64,000 bases of DNA from Eledone cirrhosa (taxonomy: Eukaryota): the NCBI GenBank assembly GCA_964016885.1, contig OZ024743.1:218612001-218676000 (forward strand). The letters run 5' to 3'. Numbering within the stretch: the stretch's first letter is position 1; every line of letters starts with the position of its first letter. The position numbers were made by a program, and so were the translations under genes. The notes under the pieces are model-generated. The model did no database searches and was not told the origin of the DNA. It saw nothing but the letters and a program-made list of their open reading frames with translations. Positions 52,957 through 64,000 of this stretch are shown one piece after another.

Positions 52957-55900
52957 CTTTTTTTATTTGATCATCATCATCATCATCATTTTATGTCCGC
53001 TTTTCCCTGCTTGCAAGGGAATGTATGTATATGTATATATATATATCAAAGGGCATACAAATCCAGAAGGGTTAGAGAAGCTATACCCCCACCACCACCC
53101 ATCCATATATACATATACTTTCTACAAGTAAAAAATTATTTTATATCAGGTGGACCTGGCTTAGCATGCTGTATGGATTAGAAAGCAATGGTTGAGCAAT
53201 AGTGATATACCTACAAATAAAAGTATTTGATAATTATTAATGTTAAATTTTGTTATAGTCATCACCCATATTTGTCTATGATGGTTAAATGATAAGAGGA
53301 AAAAAGTATACTATTATTATTGTACATACAATTTTCACATTATACAAATATGATTCAAAACTAGTTTTATAAATTGCTTTTATTTCTAGTGGGAATTGCA
53401 ATTTATTTTATTTTCATCAATTAACCCTTTCAGGCCTGAATTATTTCTTTACAAAGAAAACATATTTCATGATTTAAAATAGCTGATGTGGTGAACTGAT
53501 AATAGCAGCATAATGTTTTACCTGCAAAAATATACAGGTTATGGTCAAAATGTTTTAAACACCATTTTCAGATTAATCTCTATAATTTTATACATCACAC
53601 ATATCATACTACTAATAAGATTTCTTTATTGATGAGTAATTAAGTAAAAAGAAATTGGAAAGAAGATTTAGGAATTTTAACTGTTTATTGTTGACTTTAC
53701 CAAAACATTTTATAATTGTGTGAAGTTAATAATAGAAGACAGTGCATGGCCAAATAATTAGGAACTACGATTCACAATTATGAAGTATCAGGCTCACTCC
53801 TAGGCTCACTCCTATTGAACGACATCTTCAGCATGTCTTAACCTTAGTCTTGGCTTAACTGAAACTTTGTGAGTGAAATTGGGTAGACAGAAACTATTTT
53901 GAAGCCTGTTAGATGAACTGTACCTGTAACGCAATGGGCCAGTTTTGTCACATGCTGAAATTCTTTGATAATTATGTCATGAGTACATGTGCCTGTAAAA
54001 CCTTTAGCCTCTTGCATGTTATTTTAATGGGCAGGCCATTCCATTAGATAACCAAAAACTGTCAACAGTTCTGGGGAACCTTCTGGGCAACTGAGGCAAT
54101 ATATTTCATGTGTATTCTTAGTGCCTACTTCTGTGCATTTCACATACAAAGTCTACCCTCTCTGTTAAACTACCTGTAATACCACTACATCTCTTGTGCA
54201 CCGATAGATTACACTGTGTAATAGAGTTAATGCCCACATCTGTTTGACATATTAAACAAGGCTACTTCCCTGAGGGTTCGATAACTTCTTAAAAAGATAT
54301 GAAAGATACACAGAGGATTTTTCTTCTGAGCAAGAGACATTGACATCCTTTTTTTTTTTTTAGTAGGGAGTGTTACATACAAGGGTACCAAAATTAGCTA
54401 ACAGTAATTTTCACAGCAGTACACAGCTATTCTGGCATCATCATCCTCATCCTCATTTAACTTCCATTTTCCACACTTTCATGGGTTAGATGGGTTGTCA
54501 CATTATGAGACAAGTAAGATCCAGAGACCACCTCTTGCTCATATGGATCTATATTTTAGCTTGGTTTCTATGACTAGATACCCTTCCTAACACCAATCAT
54601 GTTACACTATGGACTGGGCGCTTTTTATTGTGACACTGAAACGATCATCTTAAAGTGTGGACTGGGCGCTTTTTGTCATGTAACAAACATGACCACCTTA
54701 CAGTGCCAACTGTGTGCTTTTTCTCGTGTCACCATCATTATCACCTTACAGGATGGACAAAGTGTTTTTATTGTTGTGGTGCCAGATAAGCTACAAAACA
54801 CTTACAAATAAGCACACATTGCATAATTCCTTGAAACATATTAAAGAAAAAGCATATATTATACACAAATATATTCAGACCAGTGTCCCCATCTTGATTT
54901 GTGATGTTAGCATGGTAAATATTTTTACATAGTAAATGAATACACTTATTTATTCATGCTGATTTTTGCTTATTTGTTATAAAAATGAGAAATAACTGAA
55001 TTTTATAGAATATTTCCTGATACAAGATAAGTAAGATATAGTTGACTATATTTCATATCTACAATAATACAATATAAATTATACTATAGCTTTATTTACA
55101 TTTTTTTGTGTCTTATTTTCTGAAGAGATTTCTTCATAATATATTTAAACTACAAACACTTACACCTGTTAATCTAAACATTAAGAGCTTCAGTTTTACT
55201 TAGCTACACTCAGCAAGAAAGACAAATATAGAATGATTAACAAATCAAATCTCAAAAACCATCTTGAAAGTCAAACACATGAAATTACTTAAAAGTGAGA
55301 TACAGATGAAGAAAATGTTCAATGTTTACCAAAGGTTATACAGTAGAAAATTCTCAATATAAAAATACATATGTATGGAAGAATGGACGTAAAACGGTGA
55401 TGATGATGATATTCTTGTCTCAAAGTTATAGCAAAAACAATAGATAACATCCTTACAAGAGTTTTGTTTATTTGAATACACTGCATTTTGTTTTGTTTTG
55501 TTTTTTTCTCTACTTAATTTTTCATAGCCTTGAACAATCATTTCCTTTTAATGCAAGGGTCAGCTGAAAAATTCATAGGCTGGCTATGAGGGAGTGATTC
55601 TAGAGCTGAGAAATATTGCATGCATTAATTTCTACTGTTGTTATTAATGATTGCATTGTTTATTCCCAAGGACTATGTTGAAAAATAAACATCATTTGGC
55701 ATTTCCATGAGAGTATCTTGGTCAGCCAATGAACATTTCAACCGACCCTCGTATATAGATAACTAACCAACTAGGCTTGGTGTGATGCCATTAAAGAGAA
55801 ATTATATAATATTTATTATGTGTTTTATGAACAGTTATTCTAACTAAAAATCAAAATTGATGAACAGAGTCAAAAATCGGAATTGCTTCATTTGTGTTGA

Positions 55901-56499
55901 TACCTGCCTTTAAGAAGGTTATAAATTATGCCTGGATAATTAAAATTAAGGGACAATTCTGGAAACATAAAATTTCCATAGTTCTTGTGGAACACTGAAA
56001 TACTTGCAGTTCTTGACAACCTTTCCAACCCATGCCACTATGGAAAATAAAAGTTAAATGATGATGAGTTATATCATCATCATTTTACGTCCGCTTTTCT
56101 CTGCTTGTAAGGGTGGGACATATCTATTTATATATATATATATAATATATTTATGTGTGTGTGTATGAGAGAAGGGTGTAGAGATGAAGGTGTAGTCTCG
56201 TTATTCAACATTGAAAGATCAAATAGGATTGCCATTGAATAAAAGATTTTCAAGATGATATCTTTTAAACAGGTGACTGACAGTCTGATGGAGAGAAAGG
56301 ACGGAAAGAAGGGAATATGGAAGGAGATGGAGAACAAGAGAGGAAGAAGAAACTGAAGTGTTGAATGAAAGAAGAAATGAAAGAAGGAATGACAGAGAAG
56401 GAGAAAGGGTGAAGAAAGTAAGTAATCAGATGTCAAGAAGGCTTGATAGTTAGTTGTTAAGTAGTGGAAAGTCTCTGGAGCTTCCTGTAGTTTGTTACT

Positions 56500-56726
56500 G
56501 CTGCACTTCTCACAGAGAATGGACAGTTAATGTGGACTAATAGAGAGCATCTCTTATTGTTTGAGTGTATGAGTGTGTGCACGTGTGTATGTGTCTGTGT
56601 GAGTGTGTGTGTGTGAGCATGTGTGTGTATGTGTGTGTGTGAGAATGTGCACCTCTGACAGAGAGCCTCTGCTATTGTGTGTGGGTGCATGAGAGTGTGC
56701 GTGTGTGTATGTGAATGTGTGAGTGT

Positions 56727-56761
<35 letters not shown>

Positions 56762-58356
56762 TGTGCACCTCTGACAGAGAGCCTCTGCTATTGTGTGTGG
56801 GTGTATGAGAGTGTGCGTGTGTGTATGTGTGTGTGAATGTGTGCATGTATGTGTCTGTGTGAGTGTGTGTGTGTATGTGTCTGTGTGAATGAGTGTCTGT
56901 ATGTATGTGTGTATGTGTGTATGTGTGTGAGAGAGTGTGCATCTCTGACAGAGAGCGGACAGTTAATGTGCACTAATAGAGAGCCTCTCTTATTGTGTGT
57001 GTATGTCTGTGAGTCTATGTGCGTATGTGTCTGTGTGAGTGAGTGTGTGTATGTATGTGTGTATGTGTGTGTGTATGTTTGTGTGTGTGAGTATGTGTAT
57101 GTGTGTGTTTTCATACATATGTCTGTATTTGTGTGTGTATGTGTGTGTGAGTATGCGTGTGTGTGTGTCCATATATATGTTAGTATTTGCGTGTGTGTGT
57201 GTGTGAGTATGCGTGTGTGTATGTGTGTGTGTTTTCATATATATGTCTGTATTTGTGTGTGTATGTGTGTATGTGTGTGTGTATGTGTGTGTGAGTATGT
57301 GTGTGTGTGAGTGTGTGTGTTCATATATATGTCAGTATTTCTGTGTATGTGTGTGTATGTGTGTGTGTGAGTATGCGTGTGTGTGAGTATGCGTGTGTTT
57401 ATGTGTGTGAGTATGTGTGTGTGTATGTGTGTGTGTGTATGCGTGAGTGTGTGTGTTCATATATATGTCAGTATTTCTGTGTATGTGTGTGTGTGTGTAT
57501 GCTTGTGTGCATGTGTGTGTGAGTCTGTGTGTTCATATAGATGTCTGTATGTGTGTGTGTGTGTGAGAGAGTTTGTATTCATATATACGTCTATATTTGA
57601 GTGTGTGTGCAATTACAGCTATGAATGTGTGTGCATGCACATGTCGGTAAGTGTGTACGTGTGTGTGTGCATGCATGTGTCCCTGAGTATGTATATGTTT
57701 GTGTGTGTGTGTATATGTAGATGTGAGTTGGTGTGTGTAGATGTGAGTTGGTGTGCCTGTATGTATAGATGTGAGTTGGTGTGTGCATGTGTGTGTATGT
57801 GAGTTGGTGTGTATGTGTGTGTGTATGTGTAGATGGATGTGAGTTGGTGTATGTGTGTGTGTATGTGTAGATGTGAGTTGGTGTGTGTGTGTGTATGTGT
57901 AGATGTGAGTTGGTGTGTGTGTGTGTGTGTATGTGTAGATATGAGTTGGTGTGTGTGTGTGTGTGTATGTGTAGATGTGAGTTGGTGTGTATGTGTGTGT
58001 CTGTATGTGTAGATGTGAGTTGGTGTGTGTGTGTGTCTGTATGTGTGTGTTAATATCATCTCTAACTGGTGCACCTCTGACAGCAGACAGTTGATGTGAT
58101 AATAGAGAGCTTGTGTTAGTGTGTATGTGTGTGTGTGTGTGTGTGTGTGTATCTGTGTATGACTGAGTGTGTGTTCATATATATGTCTGTATTTGTGTGT
58201 ATGTGTGTGTGTGTGTGTGCATGTCTCTGCGTGGTGTGTGTATGTGTCTGTGTGTGAGTGAATGTGTTCATATATATGTCTGTATTTGTGTGTGTGTGTG
58301 TGTGTGTGTGAGAGTAAGTGTATTCATATATATGTCTGTATTTGTGTGTGTGTGTT

Positions 58357-58410
<54 letters not shown>

Positions 58411-59054
58411 TCATCTTTTACTGTTGCACCTCTGACAGAGAGTGGACAGTTGATGTGTTGATAGTGTGTGTGTGTGAAAGAGAGAGGTGGATGGGTGGGT
58501 GGGTGTGAAAGAGAGAGGGGGTGGGCAGTTGATGTGTTGTGTGTGAAAGAGAGAGAGGGTGGGGGGAGAGGGGGGGAGAGGGGGGGGAGTTGATGTGTTG
58601 ATTGTGTGTGAAAGAGAGGGGGGGGGGGCAGTTGATGTGTTGATAGTGTGTGTGTGAGGGGAAAGAGAGAGTGTGCGTGTGTGTATGAAAGAGAGAGAGA
58701 GGGTGGACAGTTGATGTGTTGATAGTGTGTGTGTGTGTGTGTGAAAGAGGGAGAGCGAGAGAAAGAGAGAGAGTGAAATAGAGTGTGTGTGTGTGTGTAT
58801 GAAAGAGAGAGAGAGAGTGTGTGTGTGTGTGTGAAGGAAAGAGAGAGAGAAAGAGGGAGAGTGTGTGTGTGTATGAAAGAGAGAGAGCGAGAGAAAGAGA
58901 GAGAGTGAAATAGAGAGTGTGTGTGTGTGTGTATGAAAGAGAGACAGAGAGTGTGTGTGTGTGAATGAAAGAGATAGAGAAAGAGATAGAGTGTGTGTGA
59001 GAGAAAAAGAGAGATAGAGAGAGTGTGTGTGTGTATGAAAGAGAGAGAGAGACA

Positions 59055-59093
<39 letters not shown>

Positions 59094-59120
59094 TGTGTGT
59101 GAGAGATAGAGGGAGAGTGT
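56500..59120. repeat. (TG)n/(GA)n-rich complex minisatellite (similar tract at 62680-64000)
   Basis: Direct inspection; recurring gcacctctgacagagag and gcagttgatgtg anchors. Confidence 0.9.
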
Positions 59121-59220
59121 GTCAATGTAAAATTTGTATTGGCTGCAATGTAGTTTGTGTATATATGTGTGTGTCAATGCAATAAGTGTATTGGTTGGTA
59201 TTTGATGTATATAAATATTC

Positions 59221-59556
59221 ATTCATTCATTCATTTTACGTCCGCTTTTCCCTGCTTGCAAGGGTGGGACGGGAACTGATTCTGGCTTGATTTCTACAGC
59301 TGGATGCCCTTCCTAACACCAACCTCATTTACAGTGAGTGCTGGGTGCTTTTTTGCTGTGGCGCCTACACGTCCACTTTGCAGTGGAATGATAGGGAACC
59401 CAGTCCCTATCATCTCATTTCTACAGCTGAGTAAACTGGAGCAATGTGAAATAAAGTGTCTTGCTCAAGGAAACAACACATCACCCGGTCTGAGAATTGA
59501 ACTCACAACCTTTCGATTGCAAGGCCAATGCTCTAACCACTAAGCCATGTGCCTCC
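59221..59556 (-). mobile_element. SINE-A full length
   Basis: Reverse complement of 45549-45870; (tgaa)n tail. Confidence 0.9.
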
Positions 59557-60205
59557 ATGTGCCTCCTAATATATATATTTATATATATATATATATCATC
59601 ATCACCGTTTTACGTCTGTTCTTCCATGCTAGCATGGGTTAGATGGGTTGTCCTGTTGTGGGCAGTGTCTGGTCGGCTGACCATGCCTTGCTCATACAGC
59701 AACTGATTCTGGCTTGATTTCTACAGCTGGATGCCCTTCCAACCTCATTTACAGTGAGTGCTGGGTGCTTTTTTGCCGTGGCACCTCTATGACCACCTTG
59801 CAGTGGGAGGGTGTGGGGGCATATTGTCTATATGCTTCAGCTTCTACCCATGGGAGGTCGGGTACTCTGTATTATATATATACAAATATAAATTATCGAG
59901 AATCGCATTTCGGCCCACGTAATAACGAAAAACAACCTCAGAGATGTGTGGCAAGTGCTCAATGATTTAGATGAACCAGAGCTCTAATAAACGTTAAAGG
60001 CCAAACACAATGAGACGATGGTTAAACAATCATTCGCATAGCCAAAAAAACGATCAAGTAATTCGGGTCAAACAAATAAAAAATATCTGTCATTGAAAAT
60101 TTACCCGGACCCCTGGAAGGTTGGTAAAATCCAGTATTTGGGTTCCTGCGGCTCCTAAATCAAGTACTGTCCGCTTACATAAATAATGTTAGGCTTCTGG
60201 TAAGA

Positions 60206-60243
<38 letters not shown>

Positions 60244-60305
60244 GTTATTCCGGGTTGAATCGGAGGTAACCACAGTAAGTAAGGTACTCAATACACATGC
60301 ATGCA

Positions 60306-60343
<38 letters not shown>

Positions 60344-60512
60344 TGCATGTGTGTGTGTGTGTGCATGTTTAAATGCTAGTGTGTATGTATTGGTGTGGGA
60401 ATGTATACTGAGTGAATGTAGATATGTGTTGTCTGTGAATGTATGCGTCTGTGTTAGTATGTAGGTGTGTATGTATCTGTGTGCAAATGTGTGTGTCTGT
60501 GTGTATTTATGT

Positions 60513-60513
<1 letters not shown>

Positions 60514-60543
<30 letters not shown>

Positions 60544-62640
60544 AATTATTGTGTACAGTGCTCAGGTGCACTACAACTCATCAAAGGTGCATGTATAGTA
60601 CATAGAATAATGTACAAATGTCAGGAAAATAAACAGTGTATGAGTCATGATATAATAACAATAATAATGAAATGTTGTGTACAGTGCCCAGGTGCACCAC
60701 AACTCATCAAAAAAGTGCATGTACAGTACATAGGGCAATGCACAAACATCAGTAAAATGAACAGTGCACGAGTCATGATACACACATGTGTGCATGTGTA
60801 TGGAAGGGGTACATCAGGTGTAGTTTTGGCGTATTTCGGGAAGCATGAGTGTCTTAAAGGATGCAGTGTCTCGGCAGCTAACAATTGACGCAGGCAGTTT
60901 GTTCCATGCTTCAGCAACTCTGAGCGTGAAAAAAATGTCTGCGAAAGTCATGGGAGCTGTGCTGTTTTCTTATCTTGTAGGCATGTCCACGTGTGTTAGA
61001 CACATGGAGATCAAAGAGGCGCTCAGGGTTGCAGTTGGCGAGATGGTTAAAAACTTTGTGGGTATTCACCAAGTCCATTGCCAGACGTCGGAGCTTCAAT
61101 GAATCCATGCCCAGGGAAGCAAGGTGTTCAGAGTATGGTAGGTGTCTGATGGAGGGTATGCGCTTGGTTGCACGTCTCTGAACAGTTTCCAGGAGGTCAA
61201 TGTTCCGAGCAAGATAGGGGTTCCAGACTGATGATGCGAATTCCAAGTGTGGTCGCACCATAGCTGTATACAGTTTTAAATAGATGGCTGGAGAGCGGCT
61301 AACAAAGGTCTTGCTGAGTGATGCCAAGACACCCTTGGCCTTCTTGACAATCTTAGAGACATGCTTTGTCCAACGCAAATCGTTGCTGACAGTAATGCCC
61401 AGGTCACGTTCACAAGAGGACTTTTTGATGTCAGTGTTGTGGAGGGAGTATGTGGACGCTGGATTTTTCCTTCCAAAATGCATGGTGGTACACTTGTCCA
61501 CAGCCAGCTTCAGTTGCCAGTCTGTGATCCATTGCTGCATTGTGTCCAGGTCTGATTGTAGGAAAGAGTTGTACATTTCAGGATCAGTCCTTTTGATTTC
61601 AAGGTACAGCTTGATGTCATCTGCATATTTTAGTACCGTGGCATTCTGTAAGTTGGCATCTATGTCATTAATATATGCCACAAACAAAAGAGGACCAAGA
61701 ACAGATCCCTGTGGTACACCAGATGACATCTCATATGGTGAAGAATGCTGTCCTAGAACCGTGACTACTTCCTTTCGGCTGAGAATGAAGGATTTCAGCC
61801 AGTCGAAAAGATCATCCCTCACACCCATTGCAGAGAGTTTTGCCATAAGTCTTTTGTGTGGCACAGAATTAAAAGCCTTAGCAAAGTCAAGGTAAACAAC
61901 ATCCACCCATGAGCCGCTGTCAGTGATCCGGGTGATGTCCTCAAGGAACTCGATAAGCTGATCACAGCAGCTGGAGTTAGGGATAAATCCAAACTGTGAG
62001 GGCCGGATGAGGCTGTGAGAGCTCCAGAAGTTCAAAGTGTTTCTCTGACACAGGATTCCATCAGTTTGGCCATACAGCTAGTAAGACTGACTGGACGATA
62101 GTTGACAGGTGACATGCGGTTGCCCTTTTTGAACAGGGGAATGACACTGGCAGTTTTCCACTGCTCCGGAGTAGCACCATTGCTGAGACAGTATTGAAAG
62201 AAAAAAGAAAGCTGGCGCAAAAGGAAATCCCCGCCACGTTTGAGAAGCAGGTATGTCACACCATCAAGACCAGGGGAGGCATAGTTGCGCTTATTCTTAA
62301 GGTGACGTCGCAACATTGCAGGTGTAAATTCCATAGTTGTTATGGAATTTGATGTTAGAGATGGTGGAGATGGTACATTCTGGTTTTCAACAGTAAAAAT
62401 ACTTGCATAGCACTCAGCAATGAGTTCTGCGCATTCCTTGGGATCGTCAGTGATCTGGCTTGTGTGGGGATTGCGAAGAGGACCAACTGGAGAGTCAGGT
62501 CTCTGCTTTGAATGAACATATTTCCAGAACACCTTACTGCCAGGATTGGTTGCGATGCACTGTTCAAATTCAAGCACTGCCTTCTTTGTCACTTGCTTGA
62601 GATGGTTAGAAGATTTATTCTGCTTTTTTTCTGTTGGCAT
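60514..62640 (-). mobile_element. CR1-clade LINE, 5'-truncated (RT domain and 3'UTR)
   Basis: SPGLDG, NYRPVSLTS, QFGF, YLDFAKAFNSVPH, GVPQGSVLGP, YADD, RPHLEFASSVWNPY, TRGH; frameshift near 62035; (ATT)n tail. Confidence 0.93.
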
Positions 62641-63560
62641 CTGATCTATGCAGTTTATATCCCCGTGTCTGCCTGTATGTGACTGTGTGTGTATGTGTAT
62701 GTCACTGTGTATGTGTCTGTCTCTGTGTGTGTGTGTGTGTGTGTGTGTATTTGTATGCGTGTGTATTTGTATGCGTGTGTATGTGTATGTGTGTGTCTGT
62801 ATTTGTGTGTATATGATGTCTGTATCTGTGTGTTTATGTGTGTGTGTTTGTGTGTATGTCTCTGTGCACATGTGTGTCTGTATTTGTGTGTATATGTCTG
62901 TATGTGTGTGTTTATGGGTGTGTGTTTGTGTGTATGTCTCTGTGCACATGTGTGTCTGTATTTGTGTGTTTATGTGTCTGTATCTGTGTGTTTATGTGTG
63001 TGTGTGTTTGTGTGTATGTCTCTGTGCACACGTGTGTGTCTGTATTTGTGTGTATATCATCTATGTATGTGTCGTTATGTAATGTCTGTATATCAATGTG
63101 TATTGGTTGTAAATTAATATATATATGTGTATGTATGTGTATATCTGTGTACATGTGTGTGTGTGTGTGTGAATGTGTGTGTGTCAGTATTTGTGGAAAT
63201 GTATATGTGAATGAAAATCTATGTATTGGTGAGTGTAATTTGTTCTGTAAGTGTGTGTGTGTGTGTGTGCTTATGGGTGTGTGTGTGTGTGCGTCTGTGT
63301 GTGTGTATGTGTGTGTGTGTATGTGTGTGTGCATGTGTGTGTGTGTGTGCATGTATCTGTGTGTGGGTGACTACGTGTGCGTCTGTTTCTGTGTGTGTGT
63401 GTGTGTGTGTGTGTGCGCGTGCGTGTGTGTGTGTGCATGTATGTGTCGATGTGTGTGTGTGTGCATGTATGTGTCGATGTGTGTGTGTGCGCATATATGT
63501 GTCTACATGAGTGTCTGTGTGTGACTGTATATGTGTCTCTTTGTCTGCTGAGTGTCTGTT

Positions 63561-63612
<52 letters not shown>

Positions 63613-64000
63613 TACATGAGTGCCTGTAAGTGCCTGTGTATGTGTCTGTGTGTGTTTCGGTGTGTATGTATCTGTGTTTGTGTGTGTGTGTATATATATA
63701 TGTATATATATATATATGTATATATATATATGTACATACGTGAGTGTCTGTGTGTGACTGTTTATGTGTCTGTGTGTGTAACTATGCATGTATATATGTG
63801 TGTGTGTGTGTATGTCTGTATTTGTGTATGCCAGTTTTTCCGAGTACCTGTATGTGTATGTTTGTGTATATATGTACATACGTGAGTATCTGTGTGTGCA
63901 ACTGTGCATGTATATGTGTGTTGATAGTGTGTGTGTGTGTGTGAAAGAGAGAGTGTGTCTGTATTTGTGTATGCCAGTTTTTCTGAGTACCTGTATGTGT

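Noticed and set aside
59885-59945. Minus-strand ctgaggt...gaaatgcga hammerhead-like string
   Set aside because: Core mismatch and no convincing stems I or II; the surrounding 59881-60210 segment remains unidentified.
62032-62949. 305-aa ORF with a T/H-rich N-terminus fused to CR1 sequence
   Set aside because: The N-terminal part is microsatellite read-through into a 5'-truncated CR1; not a real fusion gene.
51271-64000. Search for the upstream KIF6 P-loop exon (GQTGSGKT) and, in 1-3040, the downstream exon
   Set aside because: Not found by eye; probably outside the window, though a missed short exon cannot be excluded.

Overview
AT-rich, microsatellite- and retroelement-saturated animal DNA. 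The repeat landscape (RTE LINEs with (TGA)n tails, CORE-type and other tRNA-SINEs, very long (TA)n/(TG)n tracts) suggests an octopus or other coleoid cephalopod; this is inference. The only host gene I can support is a minus-strand kinesin-9 (KIF6-like). Five internal motor-domain exons (51161-51270, 46220-46349, 28398-28516, 26122-26209, 3041-3184) have GT-AG boundaries and splice in frame; the gene start and end lie outside the window. The introns hold three related RTE-clade LINE families (here A, B, C), a CR1 LINE, a Penelope-like GIY-YIG fragment, two SINE families, and mariner, hAT and pogo-like MITEs. Most notable: (1) an intact-looking type I hammerhead ribozyme with a palindromic stem III next to a 98-bp palindrome, plus several decayed hammerheads of similar design in short inverted-repeat elements; (2) a conserved C4HC3 PHD-type zinc finger inserted inside the reverse transcriptase of all three RTE families; (3) modular sharing of 3' segments between LINEs and a chimeric SINE, with apparent insertion into (TA)n tracts. 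Nearly all other ORF-track entries are microsatellite or antisense artefacts.
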